Shown piece by piece: positions 39,407-50,481 of a DNA stretch of 64,000 nt. The position numbers and the translations under genes are program-made. The notes beneath the pieces were generated by a model that searched no databases, was not told the origin of the DNA, and saw nothing but the letters and a program-made list of their open reading frames with translations. Position 1 is the stretch's first letter, and each line of letters opens with the position of its first letter. The stretch spans positions 15,982,795 through 16,046,794 of the forward strand of contig NC_092670.1 in NCBI RefSeq assembly GCF_964355755.1. Reading direction: 5' to 3'. The DNA comes from Antedon mediterranea. Taxonomy: Eukaryota; Animalia; Echinodermata.

Positions 39407-42400
39407 TTATATAGCGCACATATCCAGTAAAGTGCTCAAGGCACTAGCATTTAGCAACCACATAATGTAGATTCTAGATGGTGATTACATTTTAATTTTG
39501 ATAAAAAGAACATGTTGGCACACATGCCATGCCTTAGATAGAATTACGAACAAACATATTTATAAAACACCCACTGGAGAATCAATAACTAGAGACTGAG
39601 AGGGCACCTCTACGGTTGAATAAAAGCTCATTATTAATTCAAAACGTGCTTACTGTAAATTACGAAGCAAATTGTGTAAAAATTTTTATAAAAATTATTT
39701 CATAAATAATGTGCTGTTATAAATTATTTACATTTTACATACTGTACCATAATTCGAGCCAGAGTGCTTGACAAAATAAAATAATTGAATTGACTTAGGA
39801 AGCTAAAGCAGACACTTACCTTTAGTTTATATGTTTTTTAGTCGGTAGATTACAAAGGTATTGAAGCAAGTGATGGGTTCAAATCCTATGTAAAAGCAAC
39901 TTCAGAACTGATAAGAGTTGATATAGAAAGTGCCAGTAGAGAAGAGAAGTTAGCTTTCTTTACCAATATCTACAATGCTCTAGTAATACATGCCAATGTT
40001 GTCAAAGGTCCACCTGTTAGCCTGTGGCAACGCTATAAGGTATGCCCAATAGTTTCTTTAAAAAAAAGTTAGATAAAATTGTTACTGAGGGACATTCTTG
40101 ATCTATTTATTGGCACAGTTTTTGGTTTCTAGGTAAATCGAAGACTCTCTATTATTATATATATCATAACAGTTGGTATTTTATTTGTTTGTTTCATTCA
40201 ATGCGAGAACCTGATCATTTTGAATATCAATATTTGATATAATTTTGTCTTTCACAGGCTGCTTCCTGGATTTTTATTTCCTTAAAGTTTTAAAATGTGT
40301 ATTTTTGTGTATTTTTTCTCTTTAGTTTTTCAACACAGTTAGTTACATAATTGGCAGCCATCTTTACAGCCTTCAGGATATTGAGAACGGGGTACTACGC
40401 TCAAATCGGAAAGGAGTTGGTATGTTCTTTAGACCATTCGGTAAAGATGATCCAAGGTTAAAGGTCGCTCTCAAGAATCCCGAACCACTTATTCATTTTG
40501 CGCTGGTCTGTGGAGCCAAAAGCTGTCCACCAATCAAAACATATACAACAGATGTAAGTCGCATATGTCTTTAGTGGCATTGTTTTTTATACAAATTAAC
40601 AGTAGGCCCAAAGGTATCATGTAGTGAAAATGATTGTACTGCAGTTACTACATACACTACATAATCATGTCTTATATTTAGTCCAGTCAATCTAATGATA
40701 TACCCACCACAAATTGCAATAGTAACAAAGCAAGTATTTTTGAATTCCATATAAAGTGTAGAATGACATACTAAAAGTCACCAAAAATCCAAGCATTGGG
40801 TCAAGGGGTCAGAGGTCAATAAAGGTCATTTTAAGTCAAAATTAATATGCCCCATTAATTACATATATTTAACTATTTGAAATACATTATATACAAGTGT
40901 GATTTATGTCATCCGAAAGCTTATTAAATTTCCTATTCAGTGATATCAAACTTATAGTCATAACATTTTATTTAGCATGTCATTTTTGCGGAAAAACACA
41001 ACATAATGTTTCAATTTTGGCTAAAAATGTTGTTTTCGCTGTAAACAACAATGGTATATACACAGGGATACCCATGGGGTGAACATTTCAGTCCAAAGCG
41101 ATACACATGACCAGCTCAAGATGCAGATGAGTGACATCTCCGTTCCTGTTACTTCTCGATGATCTACATTCCATTTTTTCCAGATGGCATTTGTGTTGTC
41201 ATGGTTACACTATTTATATTGGGACGTATAAGTATTTTAACGATTTTTTAACCAGTAGAAATACAAAGATGTTCAACAGCAGTTTGACAATGACCTCCAT
41301 GTTGTATGACATTCGGAACCATCTGGGCTGGATTGTCAACAGACCTGGTGATTGAAAAGGTTTCTATGAGAAGCCTCAAAGAAAACCAGGTTTGACAAGA
41401 GATTTAGGAATGAGTACATTCAGACCAAATCTGCGCTATATGTAATGCCTTTGCAATAGTATCAGGGCGTTACTCCAACAGCGGCCAACATAAGACCTTA
41501 TGGCCACACGTCAGGAACACAATGGCAATTGAAAAATCCATTTGGTTACAACTCAGAGACTTCATACCATTGACATGGGAGTTACTGCAGGTGACTCGGA
41601 ATATTGGCAATGTGGTATTAAGCATTAAATATTTTGGAAGGATGTTAGGCCAGAAAGTCTTGCCATGTATTCAAGATCCTGGCAATAAAGTACATACAGG
41701 CAAATATGTGTGCATAGATCCTACAGTTCCAGAGGAGACTCGAGGTGACAACAAGGAAGTTTTTGAACATGAACTTTGTTGTGCCTTTCAGCTAATAAAC
41801 CAACATGATGCCATGTGGAAACAACTTCTTATGAATAGTCTAACACATCCAACTCACTGAATGCTGTCCAGTAAGCCTACATTTTAGATGGTAGTGCTCT
41901 ACTTCACAGCATTCCATGGAATAGTGTAGAGACTTATGATGCGATCTGTAAAAAATATTGCTCTGCCATCATAGTCTTTGATGATTATGAAAGCGCCAAA
42001 AACGGCGCACATGGTAAGGCGGGTCAGGTGGTAGTGTCCCTGTACATTTTACCAGTGACATGTTCCACAAAATAGGATCACTTTCTGTAACAAACAACAA
42101 TTTATAAATATTCGTAACTAGTATTTGAACAACATGGCAATGAGTGAATGCAGCTGCTGATGCAGATGTTATTTCGGATAATACAAAAAAACCAATGAAT
42201 CAGCAAACAGGAAAACATCTGTCATTATCCGATGACTTTTGAGAGACATCTGTGATAACCTTCTGTTTGCTCATGCGATACTGGTGACACAACATCCAGA
42301 GTTTTCGGAATTGGAAAACAAGTGGCTCTAAAAAAAGCTTGTCATTGCACTTATTTCTGACATTATGCTGTAATCTTCAGATGCAAACAAGATACAAAGG

Positions 42401-45400
42401 ATAACATTGTGGTTGCTAGAGAAAATGATTTAGTGTGTCTGTACAATGGACGACCTGGACAGCGTGGAATGCCTTTGACTCCATCCCATCTACAAGTACA
42501 ACCTCGCATATCGCCAACTTCATAGTCGTACCACAACCAAGGTACTTAACATCATGTTCAAGTTCAAGTTATCTTTTAGCAATGGAATGGGGTTGATATG
42601 TGTACCGAGGACTGGGGATGGAAGATCAGATGATGGAAACATGGTTCCTCTACACACAGACTTAAAGCCAGCACCTGAGTATCTCCTTGAAGCATTCAGG
42701 GGTAACTAGAGCTACATGTGATGAATGCAATGGCATTGCACTGTACTAATACCCGAACAAGAAAGTGATACTGATGACATAGTTGTGAGTCCATTTCTAT
42801 TTGAAGGATTAAAGAATATCATTCCACACGGGGCAATTCAAATAAAAAGGTCTGGAATAAAATGATCTTACAAAATATACAAAAATATCACAATACACAG
42901 TACAATAAAACAAGAGTCAAAGTTCAAGAAATTAAGAGTCGGATGGCAACTGGCAAAAAAGAATTTCTTTTCCGGTTTGTTCTACATGCCGGGCATCGAA
43001 AGCGACGCCCATGAGGCATGAGCTTGAAATCACTGAACAAGGCATGGTTAACATTTTTTAGAATAGCTCTACTTTTTTCTAGAGTTTGCATGTCACAGAA
43101 GGAAGACAAGCTACGAAGTTGACAACCTATTAATTTAGAACTTAAATTAACAATTTTTTGTAGTGAGTTTCTCTCTTTGACCCTATTAAGACTAAAAAAC
43201 CAGCATATAAAGGAAAAAAGTTAAAACGTTCTCAATAAAGGAATTATAAAAAAACATAAGAATTACTTTATCGACATTAAAATGGTTCAGCTTCCTTAAC
43301 AGATAAAGTCTATGGTGTCCTTTCTTTACTATTGCCTCTGTATTTAATTCCCAGCTGAGATTGTCCTCAAAATATAGTACCTAGGTATTTAGGAATGGAC
43401 AATATCACTGGTTCGTCATTTATGAGGGATACCAGAGGGCTGCGTCATTTCTCCTTCCTAAAATCTACAATCATCTCCTTGGTTTTGGTCACATTGAGTT
43501 CCAAGTAGGAGTTTCCACAAAATTGGATAAAACCATCTAATGCGGGACCATGACCGTCCTGTGAATTTTTAAGGAGAGACAGCAAGACAGTGTCGTCAGC
43601 ACATTTGACAAGATGACTATTGTCCTGTTTGCTGCGACAGTCATCCGTGTATATAATATACAGGAGATGAGAGAGGACGCAACCCTGGGGCGATCCAATA
43701 CTTGTCATTACGTACGTACATTCATTGATACTAAAATCATCAAAAATCTATCTATAGTTAAATCATGAGTTGATTCCAAATTATCAAGACTCATTAATTA
43801 ATCAACAATAGTACATACCGCTAATGAATTTCAATGTTCTTCTAGCTAGCATCATTTTTCCTATTTCATAACGATACAATAGGTACAGGAAAAACATTAT
43901 TTGCACCAAATACTTGCAAAATATATATAAACATAATTTAGTTTTACGCTATTTAAAGAAAATTTGAGTTTTCGTAAAAGGTCACTGACCTCTATAGTTA
44001 CATAACAACTGTTGTATCAATTAGTTTTTAGAGTAAGAAATACATATTATACACATTTGTAGTTATTTAGATGTTATTGGCAGGCATAAATGTTACCTAC
44101 TACTACACTACCTGTTGTTGATAACAATTTATCATTATTATAGGATTATTTTTATTTAAGTACATAATTAATTGAAAATACTTAACATCATTTTTCCTAT
44201 TTCATATGACGATAGGTACAGAAAAAACACAAGTTTCATCAAATGCAACGGCAATTACGGAATAAGACATTTTGTTAGAAAAAATTTGAGTTTTTGTAAA
44301 AGGTTAATGACCTTTTGACCTCTAGTTAAGTATAACTGTTGTATTAATTGTTTTTTTAATGTATATTAGTAGGATATATATACTCTACACATTGGTACTA
44401 AAGCTATTTAGATATGATTATAAAACAATGGATTATAGGCATAAACGCTACCCCTACCCCAAAATTGTTTACATTACATTTGATCAAGAATCAATTTCAA
44501 TAAGAATAGTACATCATTACTTTTAAAATTCTTCTAGTTAACATCATGTTTCCTATTTTATATATCGATAGGTACAGAAAAAACACAATTTTGATTAAAT
44601 GCATCCACAATTATGGCATACGATATAACAGTTAATCATTTTTTAAAGGAAAAAAATGAGTTTTTGTAAAAGGTCAATAACCTTTTGACCTCTAGTTATA
44701 TAAATAAGTGTTGTATTTTGTTTTTTTAAATTGCATATTAGAAAGAAATATATATTCTACACACTGATATCAAGATTATTGAGATTGGATTATAAAACCA
44801 CAAGTTACGGGCGTAAATGTTACCCCCTACCCCAAAAATATTTACGGAATAAAATCCCTATATAGTTTTTGAGATTACGTAAAAAATAATGTGTTCCAAT
44901 GCTTCAATTTTCGGTGACTTTTAATATGTCATTCTAAACTACATTTGGAATGAAAAAATCAATGTTTCGTTACTATTGCAATTTGTGGTGGGTTTACCTC
45001 TAAATATCACTAGATTGACTGGACTAATTATATATACCATGTCATTGATGTCTAATATACCATTATGAATGAATGAATGAATATGTTTCAATGTTTGTGA
45101 GTCAGTCACTGCAATAAATAGTGTGTATTATTCAGCTCTTTAAACACTATCAAACTTTATGTGACAAAAAACATAATGTGCCGGCCATATATGGACACGA
45201 TGATGTGATATTACTACCATGTTTGGGCAAATCACACTTTTATTGTTAAACTAGTTTAATAGTGTAGATAGAGTTTTATATAAATTACGCTCCAAAAAAT
45301 TAGCTAAACAATTGCATAATAAACAGATGAAACTGTAGTTACTGCAGTATTAGAATAATTTTATCATGGTCCTGAATGTTACCAAGCACTTTGATTCACT

Positions 45401-45949
45401 TACTAATGATTTGTCTTCTTAGGGTGTAGATGGTCAGCTGTCCCTTGCGGCAAATGCTTTCTTAGAGAGTGACGATGGATGCCAAGTTGATGTTAATCAT
45501 AAAGAACTTAAACTTAGCAGAATCTTTTGCTGGTATCGAGAAGACTTTGGAAAAAACAATGAAGAAGTAAGTTAATTTAAAATATTTCATAGACTAAAGC
45601 TCTGTATACACCATCAACCTTTATGTGACAAAAAAAATGTGATGTGCCCATATATGGAGATGGTGATGTCATATCACTACCATATTGGGCATGTATCACT
45701 ACCACTGTACTTTCCTCGATGTTGGATTCACAATTTTTTTCACATTCAATTTGTTTTGAATCAATTATGTGAGAACTTTATGATATATTGTATGATTTCT
45801 TTTAATCTTGTCTTTCGCAGATTGCTTCCTGGGTTTTAAATCATTTACCTGAGGGTAAGAAAAAACAACAACTTGCTGATTTAATTGAAGGAAAGAATGT
45901 GAAGATTGGGTTTTTAAAATATGACTGGAGTGCTAACTCAAAAAAATGA
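36739..45949 (+). CDS. Glutaredoxin-DEP-DUF547 domain protein, about 481 aa, 9 coding exons
   Basis: Exons 36739-36966, 37699-37807, 38427-38588, 38810-38983, 39114-39187, 39842-40039, 40326-40553, 45423-45566, 45821-45949, in frame. Grx CPHC/TVPQIF/IGG; DEP TFVGKEFVDW..F.DDENLYR; DUF547 EKLAFFTNIYNALVIH, SLQDIENGVLR, IHFALVCGAKSCP, LSRIFCWYREDFG, YDWSAN. Confidence 0.9.
37003..37360. repeat. Minisatellite of about 60 bp with a variable (CAT)n spacer, decaying into a (CAT)n microsatellite
   Basis: Unit CATCATGGTGGAGCTGTAGCTGGTTAACATGCTTGCCTTCTAATCCCACCATTATCATCAC, four copies. It explains the Met/Asp-rich ORFs 37025-37415. Confidence 0.9.
40679..45026 (+). mobile_element. Decayed Academ-superfamily DNA transposon in intron 7 of the Grx-DEP-DUF547 gene
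   Basis: TIRs of about 120 bp, TAGTCCAGTCAATCTA..CCCACCACAAATTGCAATAGTAAC and its reverse, with 3-bp TSD ATT. Broken transposase remnants at about 41050-42780 (FEHELC, YILDGSALLHSIPW, IVFDDY, LLFAHAIL..DTTSRVFGIGK, WGW, PAPE..LL). Three degenerate subterminal repeats of about 350 bp at 43850-44870. Confidence 0.75.
42800..43708 (-). mobile_element. Rex1/Babar-like LINE fragment (5'-truncated, frameshifted RT) nested in the Academ element
   Basis: GSPQGCVLS.LLY, VKCADDT, LNVTKTKEMIVDFRK and H.LFSDFKLMPHGRRFR...TNR.RNSF are typical Rex1/Babar RT and C-terminal motifs. Confidence 0.75.
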
Positions 45950-46316
45950 AAAAAAGAACTCAGTTTGGTCTCTACAGGCTTGTTTCGTATACTGTATATA
46001 TCGGCTATGTCAGTGGATATTATGATATCAGTGGTGGGCACATTTTGTGATTAAAGGAGGTCAAGAGTCCAGTCTGGCAATTTTTATTTTAAATTATTCA
46101 TTGTATCTTAAAGCTCCAAATCAATTTTTAACTTTATTTGTAACAGAAATGTTAGCAATTGTTGACTTTTAAATATTTGTTGGCTTGTTTTTTATATATA
46201 AAAATAAACCATTTTATACTAAAACTTTACTCCAACATATTCTTAACCAATATAATCATATATAATTTGTCATATCGTTTTGTAATTTGGTTTGCACTGT
46301 ACCAGATTGAGATTAA

Positions 46317-46521
46317 ATATATATATATATATATATATAAACACAAGAGGCAACGAACATTAATTCTAAACCGCCCGGTGATATACTGAAATTTAATTAA
46401 TTAATTTGAAACGATAAAGATGAGGAAATCTGTGAGAATGAGAAAAAGTCGCCCCAACCGAGACTCGAACTCGGACCGCCGGCTTGATATGCAGATGTCC
46501 TAACCATTAGACCACTGGGGC
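46317..46521 (-). pseudogene. tRNA-Asp-like sequence (ATC anticodon) at 46521-46450, probably a SINE head or tRNA pseudogene with a (TA)n tail
   Basis: GCCCCAG TG GTCT AATGGTTA GGAC A TCTGC ATATCAA GCCGG..CCGAG TTCGAGT CTCGG TTGGGGC. Acceptor, D and T arms pair, but the anticodon stem has a mismatch and position 32 is A. Confidence 0.6.
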
Positions 46522-46912
46522 TTATAGTTTGTACATTTAAAAACATACTATGAATCGTATGGGCTGGAAGAACTATACAACACTAAACTTAACCAATTTA
46601 TTATTAATAGTCTCAAAACCAGACATTTTTAATAGTTGTCTCAGTCAAACATTCATTTTTGGTCTGCTCCATTTTATATGCCAGTATTCATCCAATGCTT
46701 CATAAAATGACTAATTAATGTGCATTCATACTGTAATTATTTCATATGTTATGAATATTTGTTTGTTTGATATATTTTGTGTCAAATATTTGTGTCAAAT
46801 AAATTTCACCTTTCAATGTAGTTTTCTTGTTGGTTTAAATAGCGCCCTCTATAATAAATAAAGATGGCTGCGCCCATGTAATCCGCCATGTTAAAAATTA
46901 CAGAGAAAAAAT

Positions 46913-49900
46913 ATGGATCCGTTACAACTTGTAGGTTCGGAACTGTCACCATACACAGGGAAAGTTCGAGCTTATTTACGGTATAAAGGTATTCAGTTCG
47001 ACCCTGTTCAGTCGTCACATGAGGTATGAAATCAGCTAGGCCTAGCTCATACGGCTAGGCTACTATTAACTACTAATAAAAGGCTATCTAGGCCTAGCTA
47101 GCCTAGGACTAGACCGGCCCTCTAGGCCACGTGACCACATCGGCCTAGTTAGTAGGCTAGATAGAAGAGGGCCCATAAAGAATCCGGGACGATTCGGCCC
47201 ACATTTGGTGGGACGATTCAGCCCACTTTTGGGCCAAACGTCTCACTTTAATTCAAACCAATGGTTAGTGTTTGAACTTCCTTTTTATAACGTATTTTAT
47301 TTATATTGCCAATGTTGATATAGGCCTAGCCTAGGCCTAAAATATAAAATAAATGACTAAAAAAATTTAATTTTTAATGAACAATTATTTCATTCGTTTT
47401 TTTTTCATTTTCATTCATATTGTTTTGTAAACAGATCCATGAAAACATTCTGAAACCAAATGTGGGATGGAAAGTAGTCCCTGTGATTATCACACCAGAT
47501 GGAAAATATGTACAAGATTCGACAGAAATCATTCACTATCTTGAGAAGCTCCACCCACTTCCATCAATCTATCCACAAACACCATGCCAACGGATCGTGT
47601 CAATGTTACTTGAACTTTATGCAGACGAGTGGCTTGTTCTTCCAATAATGCATTACAGGTATTAAAAGTAAAAATTGTCATCATCCACAGTGCTATTGCA
47701 CTTGTTTTGAATAAGCACTCACAAAATGAACTTTGTATTTCAGGTGGTCTTTCAAAGAAAATCTGCCTTTTATTAATCAGGAGTTTGGAAGTACTGTTTT
47801 ACCTAAAGAGACGGCATCCGTGCAGAGGGAAAGAGCAAAGATGGCAATGGCATACTTCTCCAGTATGCTTCCTGTATTAGGTAAGAGAACAACATCATAT
47901 GATCATTGATTGCAGTGGTGCCCGTATCCAGGAGGGGTTGGGTGCAGACGCACCCCCCCCCCCCCCCCCAAGTCCCAAGAGGTCCACTATTTCCTCGGTT
48001 GGTAATTTTTCTTGTCTTGTTTAACTAAAGACAATATCATTATATATATACAAAATTTACATTATCAATGGTATACAAACAAAAATATGTTAACTAGCCC
48101 AAGCCACAACAAAGAGTCTTAAATCCGTCTTTAGAACGTCAAATAACGCAAATTTTGTCTGGGCTTTCGGCCCCTGGACCCTGACCGGGGGACCTTGGCG
48201 GCCCCCTGGTCCCCAGCCATTGTTGCTCGCTTCCCTCGCACCCCCCATTATAAATACTGCATACGGGCCTGGTTCCAGTATTTTGAAATGGGGCCCCAGG
48301 GAGTAAAAGTAGAGCAATGAAGTGCTTAACTTAATTTGATGTCCTATCTTTTACATAACAATTTGTGAAATTTAGGGGGTTGGGGTTGAATTTTCCCCCG
48401 ATTCATTTTCTGCAAATTTCTGAAGAAGTCAACTTCACTAGACATAACATTTCAAAAGATAATCATCAATTGTACTAATAGATAATCATCAATTGTACTA
48501 ATTGCCAGTATTCTTTGCTTTACAGGTATCAATAAAGAATCAATACCAGAAATTGAGAGAGGATACTTAGAGTTATTGGACAATCTAAGCAAGCATTTTG
48601 AGGTGTATCCATTCCTTCTTGGATTCAAACCTTGCATTGCTGACTTTGCAATGCATGGTATGCTGTATGCCCATCTCTACAGAGATCCATACCCAGGTAC
48701 ATAGGTACAAATCAAGGTGTAGCCAGAGGTTAAAAACAGACAGGGCAAACATGCTTTAAATATAATTAAAATATGAGATGTGCTGGGGGATTGGGGGGGG
48801 GGGGGGCTGGGTGGTGAAAACTGAAAATTTCAGACGAGATGAGTGCCTTGTCTGCATCATGCTGACTCTTATGCTGGCTATGGCCCTGCAGTTTATTTAT
48901 TTTACTCACTACTCTCCTGGTATCGTATGATAAATACCCTCCGAAACCAACCACAGCATTGTTACATCAGATCTTGACACTGATTATTGATACCCCTTTT
49001 TGTTTTGGTTTCTGTAGCTTTTAAGTTTCATGAATCAGTTTTCTTTAGCCTATAGATAACCATCATAAGTTTTATTACAATGTATGTTTTGTTTACCAAT
49101 TATTTAACCGGTAGCTGGTAAGGTGTTTCTCATGTCGTACAAAAATATATTTTTGAACAGGGTATATTATGAAACAGAGGGCGCCTCTTGTTTGTGCTTG
49201 GATCGAAAAGATGAACCAATTTACGAAGGATAGGTTAATGTACACACACTCAATCAAAGATGGCAAAATTACTCTGGACCAACTGAACCGGAATCAACAA
49301 GACTTTCTTCCTGATGACCAAATTCCACAAACTCTTTTCCCTATTCTGGAAACAATCTTTCAAAACCAAGCGCCAGAAATTCTGGATAATTGCAACATTC
49401 TGAGGATTTATTTGAAGGTAATAGGAGGATTCAAGTGTATGGATAAAGCTTTCAAAATGTAAATACTCCATATTAAATACAGTAGTTCTTTTTTATGTAT
49501 GAAGACCACTGTATTTTAAATATATGGTATATGCAAAAGGTTCGCTTAATAGAGGTGTCTCCAGAAAATAGGGTCGGCCGTAGTGTTAAAACATATAGTT
49601 CACCTGGTATGGCCCATTGGAAAATGTCCCTTAATAGGTGTTCCCCCTAATGAGGAGTTTTAGTATTTTCAATGTCTGTTTTGTTAAATTAGATTTAAAA
49701 CTGACAGAAAAATATTTTTATATTAATATCTTTTTTCTTTCAGGACCATCCTGATGCAAAGAGGCTCCCTCGAATTCTTGGAACGCATAGATTTAAAATT
49801 GGACAAACCATCAGTACACGAGGAAGCATGACCTATCCAATATGGATGTTGCAATCAATTAGTGATTACTACTACAGTTTGCCTGGAAAGATGAGTCTAA

Positions 49901-50031
49901 CTGTTGATAAATTCCTAGAAAAGTTTGAGGGTGCTAAAGAGTTTGTTGGTGTTGATCTTGATACATGTAGAGTGCAGAGAATTAATAACTATGTATGTCC
50001 TGAACAAATAAGAAAACAATCTAAACTTTAG
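46913..50031 (+). CDS. Bacterial-type glutathione S-transferase family protein with C-terminal PTS1 (SKL), about 395 aa, 6 exons
   Basis: Exons 46913-47023, 47435-47658, 47744-47880, 48526-48696, 49161-49417, 49744-50031, in frame. Motifs ELSPYTGKVRAYLRYKGI, VPVIITPDG..QDSTEII..LE, LLELYADEWLVLPIMHYRW, FLLG.KPCIADF..YAHLYRDP; ends KQSKL*. Confidence 0.88.
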
Positions 50032-50481
50032 CAATGCAAATAACTAAAATTACAGTCAAATTTCTGAAAATAATGAATGATTAATTGGCGTTTCCATGCT
50101 ATCACATAGAGGCGAATACAGTAGTACTGTACATTAAATAAATTCAGATCTTTATATGATATGTGTCTTATAGATTACCAGATAGCTAATATATTTTATC
50201 AATGCAAGATAGACATATAATTTTATACAGTAGGGACTGTAATATTGAATATTAATTTTATGAAAGAAGTAAAGTAATCTCTTTATTAATTTGGCACTGT
50301 ATGGAGGGCCCAGATTAAATTGAACTGTAAATTTTTATTTAGACATTTAAAAGACAATATTTTGATAAGCAATAAAATAATTGGTACGATTTACAAAATA
50401 ACCTCTGTGTTTATGTTTTATCAGGGAAGAGTTAAAAATTTAACTTTTCCGTGGTTTTATGATGTCTTCAAAAATTGATAT

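Noticed and set aside
47913-48290. GC-rich poly-C/poly-G tracts (also 34972-35113, 48780-48810) as G-quadruplex regulators
   Set aside because: They lie inside degenerate CAG..CTG hAT-like MITE remnants that are common in invertebrate introns
46913-50031. Bacterial contamination as the source of the GST
   Set aside because: The gene has five GT-AG introns, host-type repeats in its introns and host base composition
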